Below, piece by piece: positions 12,477-25,462 of a stretch of DNA of 64,000 bases. The notes under the pieces were generated by a model. That model was not told the DNA's origin and did not search any database. It saw only the letters and a program-made list of their open reading frames with translations. The DNA comes from the human T2T-CHM13v2.0 reference genome, Homo sapiens, in assembly GCF_009914755.1 (NCBI RefSeq), contig NC_060933.1; one strand, given 5' to 3'. The translations under genes were made by a program, and so were the position numbers. Within the stretch, counting starts at the first letter, position 1. Each line of letters starts with the position of its first letter.

Positions 12477-14029
12477 TTTTTTATTTAGGGAGCTGGGAGC
12501 TCCCTAATGGCAGGAACTGTGTCTTATTCACAGTTTTGTACATAAGAGATGTTAGGTAAATGTTTATGTAATGAATAAATAAATGCATAGCTATGACTAC
12601 TATAATAATATGCAATAATTAACTATTATATTGACAATAATGATAATAACAATATTCAGAATGATGGAAATTACTGCTTGATTGACCTTGTTAGGTTTCT
12701 GATTCTTTAGATTTCAGTCCATTTATTAATAAAATTGGGCTTATAGTGATGGTTAACATGAGATCAGGGATATAATCATTATTCCTATGCATAAGGTTAG
12801 TTCCCCATTGCAATCCACTTTGCCAGAACTGCCATATGTGTCATAACAACAGGCGATCGCTGGGCATTTAAGATATGTATTACTAACCAAGAGTAAAGTT
12901 TCCACCGCTTGAGAATTCTGTGTATCAAAGTTCCAGTTCTTTAGGATGAAAATTATACTTATTCTCTTGGGTAGTATAAAGTTAGTTACAAAATGTTATG
13001 AATCTCTGAGGAAAAGTTGAGTTAATACATATTTTAGAATTTTAATGTTTGTTCTATGTTTTTCTAATTTCAATAAAATCACTAAATCACAAGATTCCTA
13101 AGTTGAGGCTATATCTTTATTGTTGTGACTTTAGTGACAAGCAGAGTGGTTAGCACTTAGTAGGTACCCTTTTAATGTTTTACAGATGACTAAAGAGACA
13201 GTATTTGATATAAAAAGGTGTGAACCCAATGCTCCACAGATTTTGTTCAAAGAAATACCAGCAGCAGTGAATTGAGGCAGAGCCATTGAAGGAAATTACA
13301 TCTCTGGGACAAGAGCTTTTTCCCAGCTGGACTTCTTTTTGAAAAAGGGGTATGACCTCACACACACAGGCAGACCCTCTTCCACTGCACCATGGCGAGG
13401 CAGGCAGAGACTCATCCACCCAGGCTCTGGGTGACTAGCTTGCTGCAGGAGCAAGCCCTATCGTGGGACATCAATTATATAAGCCACAGCATTTCAGACT
13501 GAGGGACAAAAGTAGATTGTGGTGGGGACAGAGACAGTCATTTTAAGCAATATCTTAAATGAAAAGCCAGTCTTCGTGGCTGAGCTTTGGGGAGACTAAC
13601 CTCAGAGCCATATGGCTGTTGGGAATGGGGAGGCTAATTTCATCTGTAAAATGATAGGCCTGGATGAGATAATAATCACTTTTGTCTCTCCCAGCCCTGA
13701 ATACTCTGTGGCTTCTCCAAGAAACTCTAATGAGGGGAATGTAGAATCCCAGAACACCCATGGCCTTAGGAGAGCCTTGAGAGATCTATGCACTGCCCTC
13801 AGGGTACTGCTGAGGGTTTTTTGACTTTTTCTGTAGCTGTGTACATCCAGTTTCTCTCTCTGTGTGAGTTCAGAGCCCCTCCTCTGCTCACTCATGCTCA
13901 CCTATGCGCACCTCTGTGTACACACATGTTACCTACACAACAGAGCTGTGGTCCCTGAGGGAGGAAGATTTTCAGTTAAGCTCTAGTTTCCGAAGCTATC
14001 TCTGTCACTGCTGTCACTGGTGTGCTTCT

Positions 14030-15225
14030 AAAGCAGAACTCTAACTTCCATCTGTAAAATTTTCTATAGCATCCATTGCCGTTGGGTTGAAGTCGAAATC
14101 CTTGTCACTGCACCCAAGTCCCTTCAGGCAGAGGGCAGCCAACATCTTCAGGACCATCCCTAGCACCCATTTCCTCAGAATTTCTTCTCCAGCTGAAATA
14201 AATGATTCTTTCCTTCCTTCCTTCCTTCCTTCCTTCCTTCCTCCCTCCCTCCTTTCCTCCCTCCCTTCCTTCCTTTTTCCCTCCCTTTCCCTCCTCTTTT
14301 CTGCCCTTCCTCCCCACTCATGTCCCCTCCCCTCTCCTCCCCTCCCCTCCTCTCCCCTCCTCTCCCCTCCTCTCCCCTCCTCTCCCCTCCCCTTCCATCC
14401 CCTCCCTTCCCCTCCCCTTCCTTCTCTCCTTCTCTCCTCTCCTTTCCTTCCTTTCCTTACCTTCTTTCCTTTCTCTTCTTCCATCCCTCCTTTCTTTTCT
14501 TTTTTTCTTTGTTTCTTCCTTCCTACCTACCTTCCTTTCTTCCCTTTTTCTTCACATAGATTATGTCTTCTCTCATCTGGAGCCTTTGCAAATATTGCTT
14601 GTTTTATGCTTTCACAAGAACATGAGTGATTTTTAAATATGTAAATCTGACCACAACTCTCTCCTGCTAAACCCTGAATGGCTCCACATCATAGTTAGAA
14701 TAAAATTCAAACATCTCACCCTCCCTATGTGGCCTTATGGAAGCTGGCCTTGCCTTCCTTCTTCACACAGTTTTATGTCCTCTTTGGCCTCCCTGTAACA
14801 GCCATAGTCACCTTCTTTTTGTGCCAAGAACCTGCTACACCTGCTCTGAAAGTCAGAATTTCATGCTAGCACTTCTCTTTGTCTGCAGGTTATTGGTTCC
14901 CATCACTGCCTGGCTGGTTTCTTTTCCTCTCTGGTTTCAACTGAAAAGGAACTTCCTTAGAGAGGACTTTTTTGTCCACAGAATCTCAAGTAGCTTATTT
15001 CCCCTGAAGTCTGCTTTATTTCCTTCATGGCACAAATAACTTGTTGATATTTTGTTAATAATTTATTTTTGGTCAGCTGGCTGAAGAGTTGACACTATAA
15101 GATCAAAAATCTTGTCTATCTCATTCAAGACTCTATCCCCAGTGTCTCAAACAGTTGTTCCTAGAACATACTAGGTACTTAGGACTTGTTTGTTGAATGA
15201 ATTAATGAATTAATTAATGAACAAA
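14030..15225 (+). mobile_element. L2 relic interrupted by a CT-rich tract
   Basis: aaatctgacc...ctgctaaaccctgaatggctcc...agaataaaattcaaac; tail tgttgaatgaattaatgaa. Confidence 0.65.
14206..14553 (+). repeat. Polypyrimidine low-complexity tract: (TTCC)n and (CCTCTCCCCT)n
   Basis: About 350 bp of almost pure C/T. Confidence 0.95.
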
Positions 15226-17019
15226 TGCTTGAACATCTATTACTCAGCTTTTCCTTTCTTTCACATGAATAACTTCTATGTATCTTTTAGCTGCTTATTT
15301 AAACATCACTTCCTCCTGGAAGCCTTTCCGGACCCTGGAGGATGAGCTAGATGATCCTCACCTGTGTTCCCTTAGCAGCCAAATAGATGACGGGACTGGG
15401 GAGATTAATTGCACCTGTAAAATGATAGGCCTGGATGAGATAACAATCACTCTTATCTCTCCCAGCCCTGAACACTCTGCGGCTTCTCTGAGAAACCCTA
15501 TCGAAGGGGATGTGGAATCCCAGAGCTACTCTTGCTATCAACTCGCCGCATGACCTTGGGAAAATCATTTCACCTGGTTCAGCAATGATTTACTGAGCTA
15601 TTGAAGGCCTTACTTTCCAGATCCAGGTAAGATTGATGATGCTGAAGTCTTATTTCCTCTCAACTTCTCGTTTTCCCCTTGACGATATTCTTTTCAGGAG
15701 CAAAAACTGTAACCTGTACATTGTTACATTCCTGGTGCTTAGCTCAGTTGTGAGCATTTGAGTGATTTTAGAAACTCAGAATAAATTATTTATTCTCTTG
15801 CTAAAAATATGACGTGCTTTCTAGGTAGTCACTGTACTGGCCTCTATGTTAAATTCTCTCAAGGAGGAGAATGGAGAACCATTAATCAAATGCCTACTAA
15901 GTGTTAGTGTTTTACACAAATATTCTTCTTGTATTCTCACAAAAGGCCTTAATAGGAGTAAACGCTGACTCCATTTTATAAACGTAGGAATTGAGGCTCA
16001 GAGGATAATTATCTGGTCGAGCTAGAAAATAGGAGTAGTGTCCTAACTCTACAATTTCTGCTCTTTCCACTAAACCACGGCTGTACTCCCAATGGTAGGG
16101 AATGAACAACAGGGCTCTCCTAATAATTTTATTAGCCATTCTCAAATTAATAGCTCCTCTGCTGGCCCCTCAGAAAGGGGGCTTCATTTAGAAGTCTAGC
16201 CTCACAAGTAAGAACAACTCTGGTTCCAGGTACCCATTGGGAAGTGGCTGATTGAAGCCAGTGTCACTCCTTGTCAGGCCCCAATTGGCTTGCCCCTTCC
16301 AGTAGGTCACTCAACGTCTGACCCCAGCAGTGTTTTCTAGCAACTCTATTCTGCCCATAGATAAGGGAAATAAATGGAGAGGCATTCATAGCTGGCTGGT
16401 GATGATTTGTTTGTTGAAAGAAAGGGTATTGGATGCAATTCTGAGTGTACTGGTGCCAGGTTCTTTCCTCCTTGGCATTTAGGTAACTGCCAGGGCTTGT
16501 GTCTGATCTTCATATTCTCCAGTCTAGGCAGGAACCAGCTTGGTCAGGTTGTTCCCTCTGCTGCTTGACACCCTGCTTGACCTCTGCTGACTCATCTACC
16601 ACCCTCTCTTAGCATCCTCATAAGTTACTAATGGATTTCAGGGGGAAGAACAGCTGCCAGAAATATGTGGGCAAATGAAAGTCCTACATTTTAAAGACAA
16701 GTTAAAGCTGAACTGTTCCGGATAAACCAGCAGCTTTGTCTTCCTGTCGGTCCTCTCTAAATACTCAGTGTAAAAACTGCTGCCTTAGTGAGAACTCTTC
16801 CTCACTCTGGAAGGAGCTTTCTCTCCTTCCACAGAGTCTCGCCCTTGGATAGTTACACGTAGTCGTCCTTTCTTTTTCATTGTTGATGGGGACAGATGTC
16901 AGAGAACCGGGGTACAAGTCAAGACACCCGACTGGAGGACCTACTCTAGTTACCAACTCGTGGCATAACCTTGGGAAAGTCATTTCATCTCTTTCAACAT
17001 TGATTTACTGAGCCATTGA

Positions 17020-17258
<239 letters not shown>

Positions 17259-18279
17259 ACTTTTTAATTTTGCTATTTTAAAGCTATATGAAAAGACAGA
17301 GAAAAGTGCCCACAGTATATTAAGTAGGAAAAGCAAGTTGCAGTATAGTCATTAGAATATCATACATTTGTTCAAATGCATGTTTTCATATCATGTATTG
17401 TTTTCATAATTTAAAATAACTACCAATACATCATAAGCAATCTTTAGTAAGTTTATCATTTGATTGCTCAATTTATTCCAAAGCCTGTATGACTGTCTAT
17501 TTAATATTAGATGTTTGAGACACAGAAAACACAAAAAAACTCATTGTCCTAGAGGAGCCTAAAGTTTATAGAATTTATGAGGACTTATGTTTCATTTCTA
17601 AAAGATTTTGGGAAGTTTTTCTGTTGAGGTTGGGCTGCCTCTGTGTCTGATAACTAGGAAGAACACCAACAGCTCCTTTTCTACAAGAGGTGTATTGTTC
17701 CCATTCTCTTCAGTGCCACATCCTTGCTTTAGTGCTTCCACTGACCTTGTGCTTCCTGAACTCCTACGTAACCTTAGTTTGTGTCAGTAATGTAGTACTT
17801 AACAATACAGCATCTTCTCTCCTTAGCCCACCTCCTCACCATCAGCTCACCTCCTCACCATCCTTTCTTTCCCTAGCCCACCCCAATCAGTTTCTGTCTG
17901 CTCTGTTCCACTGAAAATTTTCTTGTTAAGGTTACAATGTTGAAGATGTTTTGCTAAAAAAAACCAAAAGGCCAAAATCCATGCTTGCAACAATTCCAAG
18001 AAATTGGTGAATTGCTGAGGATGCTGCCTTTCATTCTCTGGTCCCTGCTTACACCTGCAGTCTCACCTCCACTTTGCAGCTTTATTGTGTCTTTCTCACC
18101 ACCAAACCTTCATTCATGCTGCTCTCTCCCTGCCTGGAATGCCCAGCTTCTTCATCTCCAATTAGAAAATTCTCGCTCACTTTTGCAGTAAATGCCTTTC
18201 TGTTTTATTTCTCCCAAGCCTTTTTTTTTTTTTTCCAGTTTAGGTATCATCTATTTCTTCTTTCCAGAGGACCCTAATT

Positions 18280-18640
18280 TCTCTTTGGGGAATTTTATCT
18301 CCCCTATTGTTGGCAGGGATACCCTGCTGATCTTTAATCTAACTCATTTGGTACAGTCGTAGAATGGGCATTGACCCATGCTAGGCCAACTGGGCTTTTT
18401 CCCAGGAGAATGCATAAAATGTATGGATTCATTCATTTCAGCAGGCCATCTGGGTCCAGATATCAGGCCATTTTTGCCTCCAACACCGTCTAGTGTTACC
18501 TCTTTTCTATTTCAAGTCTCTTTTTTCGACATTGTCTCGTGGCCCTCAGAGCTGACCCTCCGAGCTTGTTCATAAGCTCCCAACACATGGCTTTTTTTCA
18601 AGTTATCCAAAGTTGGTTTCTGCTCCTTGCAATTGAACAA
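18280..18640 (+). mobile_element. Old MaLR LTR (MLT1J/K-like)
   Basis: gggcattgacccatgctaggccaa...aagttggtttctgctccttgcaa. Confidence 0.45.
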
Positions 18641-19083
18641 CAATAACAACAACAAGAACAAGAAAAGACTGATACATTCTTCTAGACTCAGATAAGGGAA
18701 TACCTTCTCTGCAACTTTTTCAGGCTTCCTCTTTTGTCCCTTCATTGGCCTCTAGTTGCTCTAATAGATTCCTCCACTGTGGCATTATAACTGACCTCTT
18801 CTCTCCTAATTATAGTCTCCTTTTGGGGGTTAGAGATCATGTCTCATTCCAAGTTTTGTTCCTAGAGCCTAAGACATCTTTATCTTGCTGGGGCCCGGAT
18901 CACATTCATTCAGGAGTGAATGAAGAACCTGAAATTTTGTACCTATGGGGTTAGTATATTCTTTCTTGTTGACAGAGATAGCAACCTAATAGGATAGTTT
19001 TCTCTTTTTAGGAGCTAAAATTTTATTTCTGTGTAATTATCCTTGTAAGAGATTTGACAAGACCTCACTAAAGGTATGAATGT

Positions 19084-19832
19084 CCTGTTCCAGCAGGTTC
19101 TAGTCAGGAACATGGAAAGCAAATCAGAAATTTCAAATAGAGGGGATTTAGTATAGGGAATAGACGGCATGTATTTTAGAAAGTTGATGTAGCAAACGGG
19201 ATGTTGAGGTAATCCAGACATCAGTAACTGCAGGAAGTGGCTGCTTCTGTCAGACAGGGAGAAAAAGGAGAGAAAGGTGGTGTTATGAGAACTTACACAA
19301 GTGCAAAGGAGAAACCCTGCATGGCTGAGCCTCATACTTCTGGAAGGTTCCTGTGTCTTGTGACTGGTGCTTCAGCCTCTGAGTGGGGGCACCCTGTGGC
19401 CAGGCTTAGACATCTTAAAGAGTGCTCAAAGACTGGAACTCAGGCCTCAGGGAGGGCAAATGCTTGCCAGTGCTAAGAATTCGGAGATGGGAACTGAAAA
19501 CTTGAGTTCAGACTTGGTGAGCCGCTCGTGTTGGTCTCTAATGAGGAATCCTGTGGCAGGTGCTGGGAGTGCGTAAGGAAGCTAAAGAACGGAACCATAG
19601 CTTTCTTTTCCTCTGGAAGCATCTAACAGGGTCTGAAATAGGAAGAGAGTCCTCTTCATCCTGCCAGCTTCTAGTCTCCTGTCAATGTCCCCTGTTGCAG
19701 GGCTCGAATGGGAAGTGGGCTGGCAAGGAGTCTGGGAAGTGTAGTTTTCAGAATCTCAGCTTCGGTGTCACTGAGCGTGGATGGGGGTGGGAAACTTTGA
19801 GGCTGAGAGACACTGGGTAAATAACAGACATA
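19084..19832. mobile_element. Old ERVL-class LTR (LTR67B-like, family uncertain)
   Basis: ggttctagtcagga...gtaactgcaggaagtggct...ggctggcaaggagtctgggaagtgtagttttcag. Confidence 0.45.
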
Positions 19833-20609
19833 TGCTCTTCCAGGAAAAAAAAAAAAAAAAGTAGACTTGGCCTCCAAGGCCATGTGATGAAATACAGTCT
19901 CCTTGTTTTGTAACCTGTTTCCAACATGATTCCCAATAACTCTCGAGTAAGAAATTACAGCTTGGGATAGGACTTCTGTGGAAAAACCCTGGTGCCAGTG
20001 TAAAAAGTGCCTCCAAAGTCAAAGCATTCCTGTTAGTCCCGACACATAGAGCCCATGATTTATTGTAATTTTTACTTAATTCTGCCTCCTTCTGTAGGCC
20101 CTGGTTCCAAGAACGTCTTTTGGGCCCGATGCCTCCATGGCTCAGATACTTGGGAACAGCAATTTGCCATAATGTCTGCTGCTCCTCAGGCCTCCCTGCC
20201 AACCCCCTGGCTGTGTGCAGCCAGCCACACCCTATTCCTCCAGATTGCATTGCTCCATGTGTTTTTTCTTCCTTGGAAACAGAATGCCATGTCTTAACCT
20301 ATCCCATCAGCAGACTCTATTTCTTTTTTTCTTCATTTTTCACTACTTTTTGCTCATCCCTTAATTCTGATGCTTGGCCTATGTCCCTGGATTTTTTTTT
20401 TTTTTAATAACGATAATGCTCTTTTCCTAGAATCTTACTATATAAAGAGCATCTTGTAATAACAGTGACAGTGAAATTTTTTGGCTCCACGAAGCTTTAG
20501 ATTACTCAAGAGCTTTTAAAAATCTACAACTTCACTGATTCAATATTGGGGGGAAACAGGTCATTTGGATTCAATTAATGATATTTAAATCCTGAATCTA
20601 ATTTAATTA

Positions 20610-20760
20610 GACCACCTTTATCTACTTAATTCCTCTGAGCCTTAGTTTCCTCTACTTTAATAGAGGGCTAAGACCTACCTCTGAAGATTGCTAGGAGGAT
20701 TAACATAAGCTCTGTGCTACATCTGGCACATAGTAGGACAGAATAATCTTAGTTCTCTTT
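20610..20760 (+). mobile_element. MIR SINE
   Basis: ctctgagccttagtttcctc...tctggcacatagtagg. Confidence 0.6.
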
Positions 20761-21639
20761 CTTCAAGTGAGAGTGGGTGTGGTGCTCTTATGCATATGGA
20801 GAAAGGAGGCCATATAAATCTGTCCTGAGCTGTATAATGGATTTCACAATAAGAACAATGAGAAATATCTGAGCAATGCTATTTGGAGGATAATTTTTTT
20901 TTCTCTGTTCCTATAGAAAAATGGGAGTGATATTATCATCAGATGAATTTCAATTATGGACTGACTTCCCCAATGTAACTTTACCCCTGTACTTATCTAT
21001 TATTTTTGTATGTGTGAGAGAGAAAATTCGGAACAAAAGCACCAGACTGGGACAATATGGGGCTGTTCCTAGGGAGAGAATGGTGGATTGTAAGACTTGA
21101 AAGTTAGTCTTGTGTCAGACTATGCAGATTCCTGAATGCCTGGCTAAGTAGTTTCCATTTTATTTCTTAGGCAATAGAAAGTTGAAACCAAAAAGGGTAA
21201 AATAAATAAATGAATAAATAAATAAAGAACCTTGTAAAATGAATTTGACATTTTATATAATAGCTCTTACTTGAGGAATGACAGGTAACAAGATTCAGAA
21301 AAATGTAAGATCCAAGGAGATTCATCTTTGGTGAGACCTTTTTTTTCTTTAAAGGACTTTAGGAAAGACATACTTAAAGTAAGTGCTAGTAGATGAGGTG
21401 TTCCTTTCATTTTATTTTCCATTTTTTCATTCACATAAATCATGACTTGTCATTGTTTGCTTCAAACACAGGAGAGATTTTACCTGTGGGTTTATTCTGT
21501 TAGAATTTGTCTATTTGTTGTAGAGCAGGATCATTGCTGCATTTGCTAACATTCTGGGTGAGGAGAAAGATGCATAAAGAGATCAGGGTAACCAACATGG
21601 TAAGCCTAATGACAACCACAGGCAGATATGAGTCCCTCA

Positions 21640-22345
21640 AGGGGGGAATTTAGGGCTTCAGGAAAAGCTTTCTGAAAACACGCACACAACAACAGAAAAA
21701 GATGAGCGAGCCAAGTCTTAGGGAATGAGGAGTCATCATCCATGTGGAGGAAGAACAGAGGGCACCACAATCCACATGGAGGAACAATCTGAGCAAGTGC
21801 ACAGAGATAAGACACACCACACTACCTGAGGACACTACAAGCAATTTGTGATTCTGGAGGGTAGCAAAGCAGAGAGAGTGAGGAGAGAGGAGCTGAGGAG
21901 TAAGGCAGGACCAGGAGGAAGAAGTTCTTGTGTGCTCAGCCAAGAAGGTTACACTTTATCCTGCCAGTGATGTGGAGATGTTAAAGGTCTCTGAGCAGGT
22001 GAGTGACACTGTAGAATTTGTTTTATTCTGTTCTGGTGGCTGCATAAAAGAAGGAAAAAGATGATAGGAGAGAGACCAGATTGGAGGCATTGACAATAAC
22101 CTATGTAGGCATGGGAGGCAAGGACTACTGGGGGCCACCATGGAGTATGAAACTAGGGTCTGTGGGAGTTGATGACTGAGTGAAACAGGGAGGTAAGACA
22201 TACTGAATGACGATGAGTCTGGCCATGATGACTGGTGAACGAGGTTACCAACACCAAAACAAGGAACACAAAAGGAGGTTCCATTTGGGGAGAAAGACAA
22301 TATGTTAGGCTTAGGAAAGGATGGGTTTGAGTTGCCTTGAGAATG
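21640..22345 (-). mobile_element. L2 fragment
   Basis: Purine-rich L2 text (gaggagtaaggcaggacc...ctgagcaggtgagtgacac...gagttgccttgaga). Confidence 0.6.
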
Positions 22346-23454
22346 TAGAAAACTATACTCCTAAATCAACAGGCAGTAATTGGTAGACCTTGGGTAACTC
22401 ATTTTATCCTCTGAGCCTCAATGGACTCATCCTTTTAGAAGGACACAATAATATCTAGTTTCCAGGGAAAGATCAATTTGCCCAGTGAACTCAAAGGGTT
22501 GCTTTTATCAAACTCTTTTCATTAGCACCATCTTTACATTAATTTATAAGGAAGAAACAAACAAACTTCTCTTTCTAAAATTGACCACTTCTCCCTTCTG
22601 AGCCAAGGATGCTCTGTTAGTCATCTTAAGCTTCAGAAGTTTTTCTACCCTTTAGGACTGGCCTTTGAGCTTTATATGTGTCCATGTGTAATATTCTTTC
22701 TGTTTAGTCTTCATATCAAGGTGACAGGTTACAGCATGAAGGTCCTGGGGTGGATATATCCTTTTTGAGAATACATATCAACAAATTCAAAAGTCTGGAG
22801 AAGTAAAGGTGATTCAGAAAGTATTTTGAAATTTGTGAAAGTTTTCCAAATAATCTTCATATTTATTTATCCCATATCATATTTCCAAAAGTTGTAAAAT
22901 GAATTTTACTGTTAAATATTTTGTCCTTCTTTTCCAAAATAATGATAAATAGCTTTCTCATCTCTGTAAAAGCCATCTATTTTGGACTCAAAGCTTCCTT
23001 GGACTCAAAGTTTCCTTTTTATTTATTTTTTCAGTGGCAGGACATGAAGGGGACAGAGCGAAAACCCTCAGCCCACATTTACTACTAGTAAGCCATGAAA
23101 TAAACAAGTCCTGACCATCCTTACCACATGTTTTCTTGGAACAAAAGGGATGTGGGTATGACAGATCCAACTTTTGCTATGAACTGTGAACTAGCATATT
23201 TTTAACTTGGCTTCTGAGGTTGGTGAAGGAAACTTTCTTGTCCTTTGCTAATAAAATGCAGATGGTTCTTCTTCCAAAGTTCCTAAATCCCCAAAGTCTG
23301 AATCTCATCTTCTTCAAGGATAAGAATAGATTTGTAATTCAGTAAGCCTCAATGGGCATCATCACCATTCTTCCTTCCAGATAGCTTTTTAAAGTGCTTG
23401 ACATATAATAAGTATTCACTAAATATGTATTGAATGAGTATATAAGAAGACATT

Positions 23455-23766
23455 GCCAGGCGCGGTGGGTCACGCCTGTAATCTCAGCACTTTGGGAGGC
23501 CGAGGTGGATGGATCATGAGGTCAGGAGCTCAAGACCACCCTGGCCAACACAGTGAAACCCCATTTCTACTAAAAATACAAAAAATTAGCTGGGCGTGGT
23601 GGCAGGCGACTGTAATCCCAACTACTCAGGAGGCTGTGGCAGGAGAATCACTTGAACCTGAAGCAGGGCGGAGGTTGCAGTGAGCGGAGATCACGCTACA
23701 GCACTCCAGCCTGGGCGACAGTGTGAGACTCGGTCTCAACAAGAAACAAAACAAACAAACAAAAAA
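23455..23766 (+). mobile_element. AluS (Sc-like)
   Basis: Full dimer with an (AAAC)n-type tail; TSD-like aagacatt / gccacatt. Confidence 0.95.
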
Positions 23767-23974
23767 AGCCACATTATCAGTAAGCTTAGAGTCTGAGCTC
23801 TTAGTGTAAATCCTGGCATTGCAGGCCATTATCAAGAATGGGAGAAATTACTGGGCACCATATTAGAAGAAAGACCTTGAAGTCAGTTAGGTCAGGATTA
23901 GGATCCTGGTTCCACCTGTCCTAGGCACATGTAGGGAGGAGTTGGGTCAAAAAACATAGCTGCTCTGAGACTCC

Positions 23975-24210
23975 ATATGGTGTAGTGGTTAAACATCAGG
24001 GCTTTTAATTTGAATACTGGTTCTGTCATAAATTATCTAGAGGACCTTGGGCCATTTACTCAAACGTCTTTGTTTTTTGACCTTTAAGTGGAGAGAATAA
24101 TTGTACCTATTGTTATAAGTTTGCTGTGAGGATTTATGAGTTAATATACACAAAGCACTTCAGTAGAGCATGGGACACAGTAAGGACTTTGTATGAGTTA
24201 ACTATTATTC
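23975..24210 (+). mobile_element. MIR SINE, near full length
   Basis: tggtgtagtggttaa...ccttgggccatttactc...gtgaggatttatgagttaatatacacaaagcactt. Confidence 0.75.
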
Positions 24211-24494
24211 TGTTATTTTTATTCTACTACCTCGTGCTACTACAGAGTGCTACTCTGTGAGAATGTACACTTCTTTTCCTATGGACAGGTTCCATAGTTT
24301 TCAACATCATGATAGTGGTATTGAGGCAGTCATTTAACCTCAGCCACTTCGGGTTTTAGTTTTCAGACATGCCAATGAGACAATGCTTCCTATCCCTGCT
24401 GGATAGATAAAGCATAGGCTTTTTGTGAGGCGCAAATAAGATTGCAAATGTGAAAACACTTAGCTGACTCTCAAATGCTCTATAAATGTGAGTT

Positions 24495-24790
24495 TATTAG
24501 TTGGAACTCTTTCTACTACAAGTGACAAAAATTCAACTCAAATCAGCTTATGCCAAAAAAATAATTTATTGGTTCTTGCAGCTGGATTCTAGGGTAGCTC
24601 AAAGACTTGAAGGAAGAACTTTAAGAACTAGGACATTGGGAACCCAAATTGATGGCCATTGTAACTGGAATACACAGTTTATACCTATCTGTTATCTCTG
24701 ATGGCTGCATTCTCCTCTACACAGCCCTCTTTGCACGTAATGAGGAAGATAGCACCAGAAACCTCGCTTCATATTACTTTAAGATTCCAA
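24495..24790 (-). mobile_element. MLT1-type LTR fragment
   Basis: tattagttggaactctt...caagtgacaaaaattcaactcaaatcagctta...aatttattgg. Confidence 0.55.
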
Positions 24791-24793
24791 GCC

Positions 24794-24865
24794 AGCAATA
24801 TATATATATAGCAATATATATATATAGCAATATATATATATATATAGCAATATATATATATATAT
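24794..24865. repeat. Compound [AGCA(AT)n]x4 repeat
   Basis: Four units of agca followed by (AT)n of differing length. Confidence 0.95.
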
Positions 24866-25247
24866 GATTAATTTAATCTCCCTTCTAACCTTGGATTGAT
24901 TGTTGGGTACATATTAAATGGAAAGGATTGTGGCCCAACTTTTTTAGCCCTTGGTCACAACTCTTTCCATTTAATATGCAAAGAGGAATATATTACCAGA
25001 AGAAGAAATAAAGAGGAAAAAAGGTACTGGGAAGATTTTTTTTAAAAATTACTCTCATAGATTATCACTACTAACATTGGTTTCTTTAACTTCTGTAGAG
25101 ATGACTACAATGAACCTCTCTGTGTAAGTGAAAGACTAGATTAAATATACTCCAAGCCCTTGAGTGTTTTCAAATTTCTGGCCGAGACAGGTTATCAAAA
25201 TATTGATCCCATTAGAAGTTGTCTTTGTAAAAGAGGAATCCTACCCA

Positions 25248-25462
25248 CAGAGTGGTCTTAACCTTTGAACTATTGACCTTTTGGGCTGGAAAGTTCTTTG
25301 TTGTGGAGGACTGTCCTGCACATCCTAGGATATTTACAGCATTCCTGGCCTGAAGATGCCAGTAGTAACTTCTCCCTCTCTATGATAACCCAAAATGTTT
25401 TTAAACATTGACAATATCCCCTAAGGGACACGCCTTCCCACCCCTGCCTTTGAGAATAATTG
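25248..25462 (-). mobile_element. MER20 hAT MITE
   Basis: ctttgttgtggaggactgtcctgcacatcctaggatatttacagcattcctggcct...gatgccagtag. Confidence 0.8.

Noticed and set aside
14041-14636. Long ORFs of 144-180 aa on both strands
   Set aside because: They are translations of the CT-rich low-complexity tract, not genes.
13600-17019. AB mosaic as a spliced, retrotransposed copy of two exons
   Set aside because: No GT-AG pair at the donor boundaries on either strand, and no poly(A) or TSD.
19768-20250. 160-aa minus-strand ORF
   Set aside because: No recognisable domain, runs through a homopolymer and into an LTR, and has no promoter or splice support.
21524-21605. Possible exon tag|...atg|gtaagc
   Set aside because: Weak polypyrimidine tract, a stop in the first frame and no recognisable peptide.
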